Source: Candidatus Nomurabacteria bacterium
GTDB lineage: Bacteria > Patescibacteriota > WWE3 > UBA101185 > UBA10185
Direction of reading: 5' to 3'
Length of the DNA stretch: 64,000 nucleotides
Assembly: GCA_020631855.1 (NCBI GenBank)
Contig: JACKGU010000001.1
Span: forward strand, 363,118 to 427,117
Part shown: in pieces, positions 28,636 to 38,351 of the stretch
Layout: the number at the start of each line of letters is the position of its first letter
How positions within the stretch are numbered: position 1 is the stretch's first letter
Translations under genes and position numbers: made by a program
The notes under the pieces: generated by a model
Databases searched by the model: none
What the model was told of the DNA's origin: nothing
What the model saw: the letters and a program-made list of their open reading frames with translations, nothing else

Positions 28636-30507
28636 CTAAATCTTTCCTAGAGTTTTTGCTAGTTCTGTTGCTTTCGCTAAATCATTTGAGATCTTCGCCA
28701 AACCTAAATCCCAAACCTCTCTTTTAGTAATATCAATGCCAACGGTTAAAAACGCATCTTTTGGCGAAACAGAACTACCTAGAGAAAGAATATGTTTAAA
28801 ATCATCTATAAACCTAGGGTCTAGTCGAACCCTTTCTTGAAGAGCTTTGGAAATTAACAAACCACTTGCATATGAATAAACGTAAAAAGGTCTTCTAATA
28901 TGTGACCACATTGCCCAGTGCCTGCCTGCTCCTTTTGAATTCTTGCCCAGATACAAACTCATCTTTTCTTCAAATATTTCCCCTATGAGCTCTTCTGGCA
29001 GGTAGTTTTCTTTTGTGTATGTGTCGTAAAGCGCAAGTTCAAAAATATAACAGGCTATCTGTCTGTGAACAGTGGATATATCGTCATCTAATTTCAGCAT
29101 TTTATAAATCAGTTGCTCTTCGAGAGTTAACTCTTTAACCAAAAGCGCATTAGCAAAATCTTCCATAAAAGTGCTCGCCACCTCGGCTATACCCATAGGA
29201 TAGTCGGCATTTAATGCATTTTGTGCACTTGAAGATATAAAATGATGAATAGCATGGCCCATCTCATGAGCCAAGGTCGAAACATCTCTAAATTCGTTGT
29301 TATAGTTTAGCAGTATATAGGCAGGATAATCATTTGTTATAGAGACACAGAAAGCACCTCCCGACTTCCCCTTCTTTGGAAAGAAGTCTATATTACCGCC
29401 ACACAGCATGGACTCGAAATATTCCCCAAATATCGGGTCTAAGGACATGAAACAGTCATGAACTACCTCGACTGCTGTAGCAACATTAATTTCATGTTTT
29501 AATTTTCCATATTCAATGTTTCTTTGATTGTAAGTGAGGACTTTTTTACCCAATAATTTTGCCTTTAAATCATAAAATTGGGCGGAAACACCAAAATTCG
29601 CCGACACTGCTTCAATTAGAACGTCAATTGTGGCGGCGTCCATATCTTCACTCAACAAGCGACGCTCATCGGCTCGCTTAAAGTTTCGTAGCTTATTTAA
29701 AGTTTTTAGATAGTATAAAATGGCATTTATCTCTCGTTCCGCTGTTTTAATATGCTTCTCTAAAACTTGCTCCAAAGATTTAGATGCATACTTCTGTACT
29801 TTATCATCCGAACTTTTCAAGTATTTTGAAATTTCCGAAATAGAAATTGTGATTTTCTCGTGTCTTTCGTTTAGAACTTTTACTGTTTCCAAAGAATAGA
29901 AGGTACTCACCATGTCTACCCAGTCACCATAGGCACCCTTTGAAATCAAATTCAATAGTTGCTCCTCTTTTTCCGACAAGTCGTGCTTTGCAGAAGCAAA
30001 AAGCTGTTCTAAGTAATGTTTGTAATCTTGTAGGTCATGATGAGACAGAAACTCTTTTTGCTTTTCTTCAGGAATTTTACCTAATGTGAGTGCGAAAAAT
30101 TCAAGTTCATTATATTTTTCTGTCAAAAACTCGTTTAAAGAATTTAACTTCGCCTTAATTTTGTTATCAGCTGAATCGAGACTGGAACGCAAGTAAAAGT
30201 AAAAACCGGCCCTCCCCCCTACAGAAATTAACCTTGAAAGCTTCTCATACTCGTCTAGTGCGTTTTTTAAGGCCGGAGCAGAAGTTAAATAGTCTTTTGA
30301 CTCTCTGTGCTTTGAAACAAACTGCTCTACTGATTTAGCGATTTCCGTTCTCTCAAGATCCTGCGCCGCATCTTCATCAGATTTCATAAGCACCGATAAA
30401 TCCCATTGAGAAGGAAACTCCCAAACAGCAGGGCTATTTGAAAAAGTTACTTTTATTTTCGGTTCTTTGGGGTCTGCTTTTTTGGGACTATCTTTCATAG
30501 CTTTCAC
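28636..30507 (-). CDS. pepF: oligoendopeptidase F (M3B family)
   Basis: HEMGHAIHH zinc motif; 623 aa; M3-family pattern downstream. Confidence 0.8.
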   Translation of the reverse strand: MKAMKDSPKKADPKEPKIKVTFSNSPAVWEFPSQWDLSVLMKSDEDAAQDLERTEIAKSVEQFVSKHRESKDYLTSAPALKNALDEYEKLSRLISVGGRAGFYFYLRSSLDSADNKIKAKLNSLNEFLTEKYNELEFFALTLGKIPEEKQKEFLSHHDLQDYKHYLEQLFASAKHDLSEKEEQLLNLISKGAYGDWVDMVSTFYSLETVKVLNERHEKITISISEISKYLKSSDDKVQKYASKSLEQVLEKHIKTAEREINAILYYLKTLNKLRNFKRADERRLLSEDMDAATIDVLIEAVSANFGVSAQFYDLKAKLLGKKVLTYNQRNIEYGKLKHEINVATAVEVVHDCFMSLDPIFGEYFESMLCGGNIDFFPKKGKSGGAFCVSITNDYPAYILLNYNNEFRDVSTLAHEMGHAIHHFISSSAQNALNADYPMGIAEVASTFMEDFANALLVKELTLEEQLIYKMLKLDDDISTVHRQIACYIFELALYDTYTKENYLPEELIGEIFEEKMSLYLGKNSKGAGRHWAMWSHIRRPFYVYSYASGLLISKALQERVRLDPRFIDDFKHILSLGSSVSPKDAFLTVGIDITKREVWDLGLAKISNDLAKATELAKTLGKI

Positions 30508-30552
30508 CTAATTTCTTTCCACAATATAACAAATTATGGCACAATATAATAG

Positions 30553-31869
30553 ATGAGCCCACTCGCCCAAGAACCAATTTCAATAGCTGAAGATAATAAT
30601 TTAATAATTAACAATACCGACGAAGTTCGGGAGAGCTTAATAGATCAACTTATTTACTCTGCAGTGTTCGGCTCGGGCAAGAAAAAGGGCGACGCTAGGT
30701 GGATAATAAAAAAAATTGGCCAAAAACTAGGAGTAAACTTTGCTTCAATAAACGTTTTTTACAAGAAACGTGCTAAAGAGAGCTCGATAAAACCATTCAC
30801 AGTTCCGGCATTTAATATTAGGGGTCTTACATACGACACGGCTCGCACACTTTTTAAAACCGCAAAAAAATTAAATACGGATGCTTTTGTTATAGAAATA
30901 GCAAGAAGCGAAATGAACTACTCTAAACAAAACCCCGAAGAATTTGCGACATGCGTTATAGCAGCAGCAATTAAAGAAAACTACACATGGCCAATATATC
31001 TACAAGGAGACCACTTTCAGGCAAAAGCTAAATCGCCCGGCATTGCAGATGTAGGTGAAATGGAAGCCTTAAAAAAATTAATTTCTGAGGCAGTTGCTGA
31101 AGGATTCTACAACATAGACATCGACACCTCCACCCTAGTAGATCTTGGACAAAAAACAATACAGAAACAGCAACTGCCGAACATACTAGCCACAGCCGAA
31201 CTCACCGACTTTATTAGAACAACCTACACCTCACCAAATTACCCAACAATTTCAATAGGCGGGGAAATTGGCCATATAGGAGGTAAAAACAGCACCGCAG
31301 AAGAATTTGAAATATTTATGCAAGGAGTAGAATCTGAAACTCAAGGAGCTGCGGGCTTAAGCAAGATAAGCATACAAACAGGAACCAGTCATGGGGGAAT
31401 GGTAGACGACAATGGAAATATCTTAGATGTGGAGGTAGACTTCGCATTACTTAAAAATATATCCTTGATAGCGAAAAATAAATTTAATATGGCCGGAGCC
31501 GTGCAGCACGGTGCCTCAACACTACCCGACAACTTATTCAGGATGTTTCCTAAGAATCTTACTGCAGAAATACACCTAGCAACAGGAACACAAAATATAA
31601 TATTTGACCATCCCCTATTTCCGGAGACGCTAAAAAAAGGCATGGATTCTTGGGTTCTACAAAATCTTCAGAAAGAAAGAATGCCCGGATGGAACAACGA
31701 ACAAACTATTTATAAACTACGCAAAAAAACTTGGGGCCAATTTAAAAAAGATCTATGGGAAATAGACGCAAACACAAAAAAAGCCATCTTTGCTGACCTT
31801 CAAAAAAGGTTCATTTTTTTATTTGCTGAGCTTGGAATTTCAGACGTTAAAACACAAAGCCAAAACTAA
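30553..31869 (+). CDS. class II fructose-bisphosphate aldolase family protein (FbaA-type, long form)
   Basis: VPAFNIRG, FVIEIARSE, YLQGDHF, SIGGEIGHIGG, QTGTSHGG and AVQHGAS align with the E. coli FbaA motifs LPAVNCVG, PVIVQFSNGG, LHTDHC, ELGCTGGEEDG, FGNVHG and FHGGSG. Confidence 0.6.
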   Translation: MSPLAQEPISIAEDNNLIINNTDEVRESLIDQLIYSAVFGSGKKKGDARWIIKKIGQKLGVNFASINVFYKKRAKESSIKPFTVPAFNIRGLTYDTARTLFKTAKKLNTDAFVIEIARSEMNYSKQNPEEFATCVIAAAIKENYTWPIYLQGDHFQAKAKSPGIADVGEMEALKKLISEAVAEGFYNIDIDTSTLVDLGQKTIQKQQLPNILATAELTDFIRTTYTSPNYPTISIGGEIGHIGGKNSTAEEFEIFMQGVESETQGAAGLSKISIQTGTSHGGMVDDNGNILDVEVDFALLKNISLIAKNKFNMAGAVQHGASTLPDNLFRMFPKNLTAEIHLATGTQNIIFDHPLFPETLKKGMDSWVLQNLQKERMPGWNNEQTIYKLRKKTWGQFKKDLWEIDANTKKAIFADLQKRFIFLFAELGISDVKTQSQN

Positions 31870-31895
31870 CAAACATCCTATACTAAATAGTATTT

Positions 31896-32300
31896 TTGGT
31901 TTATTATCTAAATATGACAAACACAACGAAGCAAAAAACAGAGCCCGAACAAATCAGTAAAACACTTACCGAAGTGGTGCAAGACGAAAAAAGCCTTGCA
32001 ATAATAGCGCACATAGGAGGGATATTCTTTGGGATTATAGCTCCCCTTATTATATGGATTCTTCAGAAAGATAAACCAAACGCGTCATTCTCAACCCATC
32101 ATGCCAAAGAAGCACTAAATTTCCAAATATCAGTACTACTAGCAAGTGCGGTAGCGGGACTTACAACCATAGTATTAATCGGATTCTTGTTCCTACCAGC
32201 TGTTATGGTAGCGAACGTAATATTTTGTATATTAGCTGCCATAGAAGCTAATAAGGGCCTACCTTACAACTACCCCTTCTCTTTGAGGTTAGTGAAGTAG
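31896..32300 (+). CDS. small membrane protein (hypothetical)
   Basis: 134 aa with three hydrophobic helices. Confidence 0.4.
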   Translation: MVYYLNMTNTTKQKTEPEQISKTLTEVVQDEKSLAIIAHIGGIFFGIIAPLIIWILQKDKPNASFSTHHAKEALNFQISVLLASAVAGLTTIVLIGFLFLPAVMVANVIFCILAAIEANKGLPYNYPFSLRLVK

Positions 32301-32338
32301 GATCTGGTAAGTTTAAGGATTTGAAAGGTACTTAAAAT

Positions 32339-34024
32339 ATGGAAGAAAATGAAGCAGTAATTCAAAACAAAGATTTGCCCTCCGAAGCAGAAGATCAGAA
32401 AAACTCTCGCATAAATAAACTTAAGTTTAGAATTAATGGGAAAAAGTTACTAATTCTTGGGGGTGCTGTTGTTTTAATTCTTCTTCTAATCTCTGCCGTT
32501 TTAGTTAGTAATAGTAAATCTAAAAAAGTCACGCCAAGCACTGCAAACGAATCACAAGAGACTATGAAACAAAAGCCAATAAAAAGTTCAGAATACAATC
32601 CTTCAACAGAAGGGGAAGTAGTTTTGCCTTGGACACCAAACAATATAAATACTTCTCATGATACATATTATTTATTCGGTGAGGTTAAAACAGACGGTGA
32701 CCTATTTCACGTTGATTTATTCACAAATGGGGAGCTTGTTGATGATTATACGATTGGGGTAAATAATTACCTGCTAGGGTTGAATTTCGGCCTAAGCAAC
32801 AGTGGTTTCGTCATCGAGAAGGGTAGAGCTCACAAAAATTTTTATTTTCCTATTAGAGATTTAAAGGTTGGCGAAAACAATGTATCAATTAAACTTTACA
32901 CAGACGATACTAAAGAAAAAGTATTAAGTGAAAAATCGGTTATTATCACAAGATCGGATACAACCTACAATTCAGAAGTGACTTTATACAACAGCCCGAG
33001 AGAAGTTAGTGCTGAAGAGATTTTCAATAAAGCGGGCATAGATTTTGAGAACGAGAAGTTATGGGAGTACTTTCATAATCAACCGTCTTGGTTCTTAGAC
33101 AACAAAAGTAACGATTTCTTCTACGGCAAGGCTGGGGATTGGATCGACTACAAAATAGAGGCTATGGGAGAAATAGGCATTAAAAATGAAAAAACATCTT
33201 TGTACAGATTCCTTTACACTCATCCAGGCGAAGGTCCGGGTCCTAGCGCATACAATAACTCGATATACTTTTACATTGTTAACAACCAAGCATATTTCGT
33301 AACAAACACACTTGTATCAGACGAGTATTTTGCTCCAATTTACCTTTTTTATATGCAACCTTCACCTTATATATTTGAGGATACGGTGGCTGAACTGGAA
33401 GAAATTTCTATCAATGAGAATAATACCCTAATTCCATCTGCTACCGGTGTTGGAGTACTTAGATATTGTGACCCAGCTAAGATTGAGGGGGAAAAGATTT
33501 ACACCTATCAATCATTTTCTGTATATGAAAACTTTGATGTATACGACCAATACGGGAATTGTAAAAACTTTAGATTGGTTCCTAGCTACTTTAGAGACGA
33601 TACATACGGCACATACCCCGGTGCCAGTGATTGGAATGACGGAGTAACCCCAGATTTTAATAAAATGACTGTTAATCTTGATGATGGTAAAAGTCTAGAC
33701 AGTTTTTATAACCCTTATTGGTATTGGTGTGCTCGTTCCCGTGGGTACAGAACCATAGATAGCAGTAATTACTTGGAAAAAGTAGGTAAAACTTCAACAG
33801 GAGAAGATGTTTATATATACAGTACTAATATGCCGTTCCCAAAGGACAGCCATCTACTGCCCTCTTCCACAAAAGAATATCCATACTACACAGCCTCTGA
33901 GGAAAATTGGCAAGAATTTCTAAATAATCAAAAAGAAACTTACCCGGTTTTAGTAATCAAAAATGTTTTTGGTGAATGGGTGGTGTACATAAATGCCGAT
34001 TATCTTTTTGCTCCGGGTTGCTAG
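32339..34024 (+). CDS. hypothetical membrane-anchored extracytoplasmic protein
   Basis: 561 aa; N-terminal TM (LLILGGAVVLILLLISAVLV); Tyr/Asn-rich beta-type composition. Confidence 0.45.
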   Translation: MEENEAVIQNKDLPSEAEDQKNSRINKLKFRINGKKLLILGGAVVLILLLISAVLVSNSKSKKVTPSTANESQETMKQKPIKSSEYNPSTEGEVVLPWTPNNINTSHDTYYLFGEVKTDGDLFHVDLFTNGELVDDYTIGVNNYLLGLNFGLSNSGFVIEKGRAHKNFYFPIRDLKVGENNVSIKLYTDDTKEKVLSEKSVIITRSDTTYNSEVTLYNSPREVSAEEIFNKAGIDFENEKLWEYFHNQPSWFLDNKSNDFFYGKAGDWIDYKIEAMGEIGIKNEKTSLYRFLYTHPGEGPGPSAYNNSIYFYIVNNQAYFVTNTLVSDEYFAPIYLFYMQPSPYIFEDTVAELEEISINENNTLIPSATGVGVLRYCDPAKIEGEKIYTYQSFSVYENFDVYDQYGNCKNFRLVPSYFRDDTYGTYPGASDWNDGVTPDFNKMTVNLDDGKSLDSFYNPYWYWCARSRGYRTIDSSNYLEKVGKTSTGEDVYIYSTNMPFPKDSHLLPSSTKEYPYYTASEENWQEFLNNQKETYPVLVIKNVFGEWVVYINADYLFAPGC

Positions 34025-34245
34025 TTGAGGGTTTGAAGAGTAAGAAAAAGGGCATGGCGGGATAGAAGATTGATTGGCTGATATCTCCAATCCACAGAAT
34101 ACCACGAAGCAAGCTTACTAATAGCCCCTGCGCCTGCAGAGAGGCCCATTAAATAAATCTCAGGTTTGTCGTAGCCGCAAATTTCTTTTGAATGTACTAT
34201 TGCATAGTTAAGCATATTTCTTAAAAATGTATCCAAATTACCCAC
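34021..34245 (-). pseudogene. fragment of an alpha/beta-hydrolase (GxSxG nucleophile elbow YLMGLSAGAGA)
   Basis: A 74-aa ORF that contains only the nucleophile-elbow segment typical of esterases/lipases. Confidence 0.3.
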
Positions 34246-34371
34246 ACATGAGCTGCCTTTTATTAGAACTGCTGCTAAGACTTGTTCGACATATCAAGAC
34301 CCTCGAAATTTAGACACTTTTAGCCACTGGTTTCAAGGTAATTAGGGAATTTGCTTCTGTTGAATCTTCTT

Positions 34372-34390
34372 TGGTGACCCCACGGGGAAT
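34372..34390 (-). repeat. 19-bp direct repeat of the tRNA-Glu 3' end (TGGTGACCCCACGGGGAAT)
   Basis: Identical to 34507-34525 (the tRNA-Glu 3' end including CCA) and lying 117 nt downstream of the tRNA. Confidence 0.55.
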
Positions 34391-34459
34391 AAGCAAAGCT
34401 TGCATTTGTCTTCGACAAAAGTCGAACCTAGCTTCGCTATAGCTCTCTCATACCAGCAG

Positions 34460-34486
34460 CATCACATGAACAAAAACCTCCACCTA
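34460..34486 (-). terminator. intrinsic terminator downstream of tRNA-Glu (CUCCACC-GGUA-GGUGGAG + GUUUUUGUU)
   Basis: 7-bp stem with a 4-nt loop, followed by a U-rich tract on the minus-strand transcript. Confidence 0.45.
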
Positions 34487-34506
34487 CCGGTGGAGAACTT
34501 TGTTCA

Positions 34507-34581
34507 TGGTGACCCCACGGGGAATCGAACCCCGATTTACAGACTGAGAACCTGCCGTCCTAACCGTTAGACGATGGGGCC
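34507..34581 (-). tRNA. tRNA-Glu (anticodon CUC), CCA encoded
   Basis: Acceptor GGCCCCA/UGGGGUC, D-arm GUCU-AACGGUUA-GGAC as in bacterial tRNA-Glu, anticodon loop UUCUCAG, T-arm CGGGG-UUCGAUU-CCCCG. Confidence 0.7.
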
Positions 34582-34697
34582 ATAAACTCTAGAGCATAAG
34601 AGAATGGCGGTTTGGTAACCGAGAGATAACACATAAAGCCTTTCTCAATAGCCAAAGACTATAATTAAAGCTTTTTGTTTTCGACTCTAACCAAACG

Positions 34698-35327
34698 ATG
34701 AAAGCATTATACCAAAACTTCACATTTGCTCAACAAAACAATATAATAAGTATAATGACCCCAATGTTTAAAAGAAAATCCCGTACTTCTAATAATTTTG
34801 TAGAGCAAGGTGCGCAGCACCCCAACGCTTTGCCCAACCATAAAAGCAAAAAACTCAATAAAGCTACAAAGCACGTTACAAAAATACTTATAGCGTGCCT
34901 GTTTCTACTGGGGGCGGTTTTTTCATATTACTTCTTTAATTTAGAAAAAAGTGTAACCAGAACTTCAATAGATTCTGAGGTCATGGGGATTTCGAAAAAA
35001 ATTAACTCGGGAGAGACTGATACCACTTCTCTTTATTTTGAGGATAAAGTATTACACGTGCCCTCGGACGCTAAGCTTTTGAGCTCAATTCAAAATTTTG
35101 TAAGTGTGGGTAAAACTTATGAAACCAGTCTTAAACCAATTGAAATATTTGATTTCTACGCCAATAATCTTGGAAATGCGGGTTGGGAAGAGGTCAAAAG
35201 AATAACCCCGACTGATACAGAATACTATGCAACATACAGACTTGATAGAACAGAAACAACCATAAAAGTAACTTATGAACCTAGCCTACAAAAGTCAATA
35301 CTTAGTGTAACTTTATCTAGAGAGTAG
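34698..35327 (+). CDS. hypothetical membrane-anchored protein
   Basis: 209 aa; basic N-terminus then a TM (ILIACLFLLGAVFSYYFF). Confidence 0.4.
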   Translation: MKALYQNFTFAQQNNIISIMTPMFKRKSRTSNNFVEQGAQHPNALPNHKSKKLNKATKHVTKILIACLFLLGAVFSYYFFNLEKSVTRTSIDSEVMGISKKINSGETDTTSLYFEDKVLHVPSDAKLLSSIQNFVSVGKTYETSLKPIEIFDFYANNLGNAGWEEVKRITPTDTEYYATYRLDRTETTIKVTYEPSLQKSILSVTLSRE

Positions 35328-35331
35328 GTTT

Positions 35332-37266
35332 TTATTTTGTACCAACCAAATAAACAGCCCTCCACGGCTGGTACCTGGTTACAAAAGTGTCTTCAATTAT
35401 TTTTTTATCATCTTTATATACTATTCTGTTAAAACTGGCCGTTGCTCCCCAAGCAGCAAAATCTACCTGTTTAACTACACCCTTCGGCAAAGTTGGGTCG
35501 TCTTGATATAACGCAGGGGGAGGAGGAGATTGATTGGAAACAACTGGTTCCGAAATTTCAACTTTCCGACCGTCGGGAGTTCCATATAATTTAAAAGTTA
35601 AGGAATATTCGACTTCGTTGGGAACTGCTTCTATTAAAATAAAGTTTGGCGTATCATTTTTAAATTCAAAATCAAGCGATGGCTGATATATTGAGGCGTC
35701 AACTCCAACGGGCGATTCAATTTCGTAGTAACCGACACGATAGGCATGGGGGTGCCTAGTAACAATGGGTAAGCCCGAATTTAGCGCTGCGCGAAACAAA
35801 GTTGTGGATGTTTGGCACACTCCCCCACCGTCTCCCAAAACAGTACGACCGTTAGATATAACATAGGCCGTAGCATATCCGGTAGAACTACTTATTTTCC
35901 CAACCGAAGTATTAAATGAATAAATCTCTCCGGGCGGTACAAGAACTCCGTCGGTTCTCTTGGCCGCCAAAAGCAAATTATGAATTCGGGAAGGGGCTGA
36001 TCCGGTATATTTGGAAGTTCCCTCGCCAATAAGTTTGTAGATGCCGTACTTTGAGGGATCTGCCGCACCTTCTATTTTATTAAAGGTCAAAACAACAGAA
36101 GTAGGTTTTTTCTCTTCTAGACCAATATCATCAACAGGAGTTTCCCATAACAACGCGTCTTTTAAGTTTCTCTCGAATGATTTTTTTTCAAGTTCGTAGC
36201 CGGGCTCAACGAACTCAAACTCTGTTACGATATCGTTTGAGATAGCGGTTATTTTCCCTCGCGGTAATGTATTTACCTCCTGAGCAATAGCCGAGGTGTA
36301 GGCTTCGAACTGAGGTTTATTTATGACCAGGCTGTACGAATCGTCAACTTTGGAAACTTCTACCAAACTAAGCTTTTCTAAATCCGATAAAATAATAGGC
36401 TCAAAATTTGGAAAATTTGAAACACTTTCACTCCCTAACTTGCTATTACCGTTTTTCGACTCGGGATCCTTCTCGTCATCTTTGGTGACTTTTATTTTTT
36501 CTTGCGTTTCGCCCTCGCTATTGTTGCTTGCAGGTACTGCTTGAGGAACTAAAGTTATTTCATTTTTTAAAAGGGCTTTTATTTTTGGCTCAAACAATTT
36601 AAGTGCGACGGTGTTAACCTTAGGATACACTTTTTCTACTAATAAAATTTTTTGAGTAAAATCAAAATTATTTAGTGACCACAAAGACTGATCATATAAA
36701 TTTTGGTGGTCTACCTTAAAGCCAGCGGAAGATTCTACAAGAGACAAACGGCCTTCTTCATCAAGGCTAAAACGGGCGTCTTTTGCCTGCACATCAAGAG
36801 TTCCAACTATTACTGCGAAAAAGTTGTTTAAAGCCTTTTCATCATGAGTTAAAGAGGCAGGTACAGTTAACTTTTTACCTATTAGGCCGGCAATTTTGTC
36901 TTTGGTGTCTATGTAAAGATTTCCGGTGCGCCCAACTTGCAAAGCTCGTTGGACAGATTGTGACGGATTGTAAGTAATATCTAAATCAGACAAAGAGGTT
37001 GTGTAAACATTATCTTCAAAAACAAAAGATAGCTCAGAAGGCAAAGAACTTATTGTATCCGCGAGTTTTTTCTCGGCATCACCATAAGTTAAACCCCCTA
37101 CATCAACAACACCAACATATACTCCAGGAATAATTTTGCGACCAAAAAAAACATGGTAGGCTGCAAAAAATGCAAGCAAAGCGCAAAGTAAATAAAAAGC
37201 TACCAAGCCAAGTCTAAGCCGACTAAACATTTTTGAACTTAGTAATAAAAATTTGCGAAATAGCAT
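35332..37266 (-). CDS. VanW-family protein with N-terminal TM anchor
   Basis: C-terminal GGGVCQTSTTLFRAALNSGLPIVTRHPHAYRVGYY matches the VanW domain signature. Confidence 0.65.
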   Translation of the reverse strand: MLFRKFLLLSSKMFSRLRLGLVAFYLLCALLAFFAAYHVFFGRKIIPGVYVGVVDVGGLTYGDAEKKLADTISSLPSELSFVFEDNVYTTSLSDLDITYNPSQSVQRALQVGRTGNLYIDTKDKIAGLIGKKLTVPASLTHDEKALNNFFAVIVGTLDVQAKDARFSLDEEGRLSLVESSAGFKVDHQNLYDQSLWSLNNFDFTQKILLVEKVYPKVNTVALKLFEPKIKALLKNEITLVPQAVPASNNSEGETQEKIKVTKDDEKDPESKNGNSKLGSESVSNFPNFEPIILSDLEKLSLVEVSKVDDSYSLVINKPQFEAYTSAIAQEVNTLPRGKITAISNDIVTEFEFVEPGYELEKKSFERNLKDALLWETPVDDIGLEEKKPTSVVLTFNKIEGAADPSKYGIYKLIGEGTSKYTGSAPSRIHNLLLAAKRTDGVLVPPGEIYSFNTSVGKISSSTGYATAYVISNGRTVLGDGGGVCQTSTTLFRAALNSGLPIVTRHPHAYRVGYYEIESPVGVDASIYQPSLDFEFKNDTPNFILIEAVPNEVEYSLTFKLYGTPDGRKVEISEPVVSNQSPPPPALYQDDPTLPKGVVKQVDFAAWGATASFNRIVYKDDKKIIEDTFVTRYQPWRAVYLVGTK

Positions 37267-37293
37267 CCGAACTCCAAAAACCTTATTGGATAA

Positions 37294-37884
37294 CTAGGAC
37301 TTATCATTCTTTGCAGCCCCTGCATTATTCTTGGGCTTAGGCTCAACCCCTTTTGGAATAAAAGGAATACGAGGCTTTCTAATTATGTATTTCTTTGGAT
37401 CCGCACACATATCAATGACATCGTCAGCCTCGTCAAACAACTTGGTTGAACCGGTTTTGCTAAACGCTACAACCTCTGTTCGAACGCCTTGACTTTTTGC
37501 ATACTGCAACAAGTGAATGTAGTCACCATCGCCTGATATCAAAACCATAACATCTATTTTTGGAAGCATTCTAACAACATCCATGCATAGACCAACGTCC
37601 CAGTCACCTTTTTTTGAACCATCTATAAAAATTTGGAGCTCCTTTGCCTTAACCTCATACCCGCGCTGGGTAAGAGCATCAAAAAACTCCTTTTCTAAAC
37701 CAACATCTGCTTTGATAACATAAGCAAAAGCCCTAACTAAACGGCGGTTTCCCACAGACTCAGTTAAAATTCGGCCAAAGTCTACCTTTCCCGAATATAG
37801 GTTTTTAGCGGAGTAATACATATTTTGTACGTCAGCAAAGATCGCAACTCTCTGTTCCGGATGTTTTGTTGTGTCAGCATTCAT
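37294..37884 (-). CDS. NYN-domain (LabA-like) protein
   Basis: VAIFADVQNMYY, DVGLCMDV and VLISGDGDYIHLL motifs of the NYN/LabA family. Confidence 0.65.
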   Translation of the reverse strand: MNADTTKHPEQRVAIFADVQNMYYSAKNLYSGKVDFGRILTESVGNRRLVRAFAYVIKADVGLEKEFFDALTQRGYEVKAKELQIFIDGSKKGDWDVGLCMDVVRMLPKIDVMVLISGDGDYIHLLQYAKSQGVRTEVVAFSKTGSTKLFDEADDVIDMCADPKKYIIRKPRIPFIPKGVEPKPKNNAGAAKNDKS

Positions 37885-37943
37885 ACGGTCATTTTAACAG
37901 AATTACTCTAAAGATGCGAAAAACTACTTAAAGCAACTGAGAT

Positions 37944-38180
37944 TTATAATTTCGTTACTTAAACCTACTTACCCGAGCTAGTAGATGTAGTTTACCCAAC
38001 ATGTTGAGCTCTGCAAGGCAAAGAAATTACAGCAAACCACCTGCGTAAGCTGGTGATAGTTGATAATTTCGTTACTTAAACCTACTTACCCGAGCTAGTA
38101 GATGTAATTTACCCAACATGTTGAGCTCTGCAAGGCAAAGAAATTACAGTAAGCCACCTGCGTAAGCTGGTGGTAGTTGA
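37944..38180 (+). repeat. two tandem copies (period about 118 bp) of the 120-nt intergenic repeat family (copies B1, B2)
   Basis: 37944-38062 and 38064-38180 are about 95% identical to each other and about 80% identical to copy A. Confidence 0.7.
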
Positions 38181-38351
38181 TAGCCATATGCAAGGATACG
38201 TATTACAATACAACTGCTACTGTTTGAAACAAACGACGATCTGCCTACATAAAGACAGCTTGCAACTTCCCAACTACGGGCCGGTCAGTGTTAAAAGTAG
38301 TAACTAAAAAAGGTACAAAAAACCATATATAAATAGAAGGGAGGCGAAAAA

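Noticed and set aside
37944-38180. Tandem 118-bp repeats considered as a CRISPR array
   Set aside because: There are only two contiguous units with no intervening unique spacers. The unit is far longer than CRISPR repeats, and additional dispersed single copies exist. No cas genes are present.
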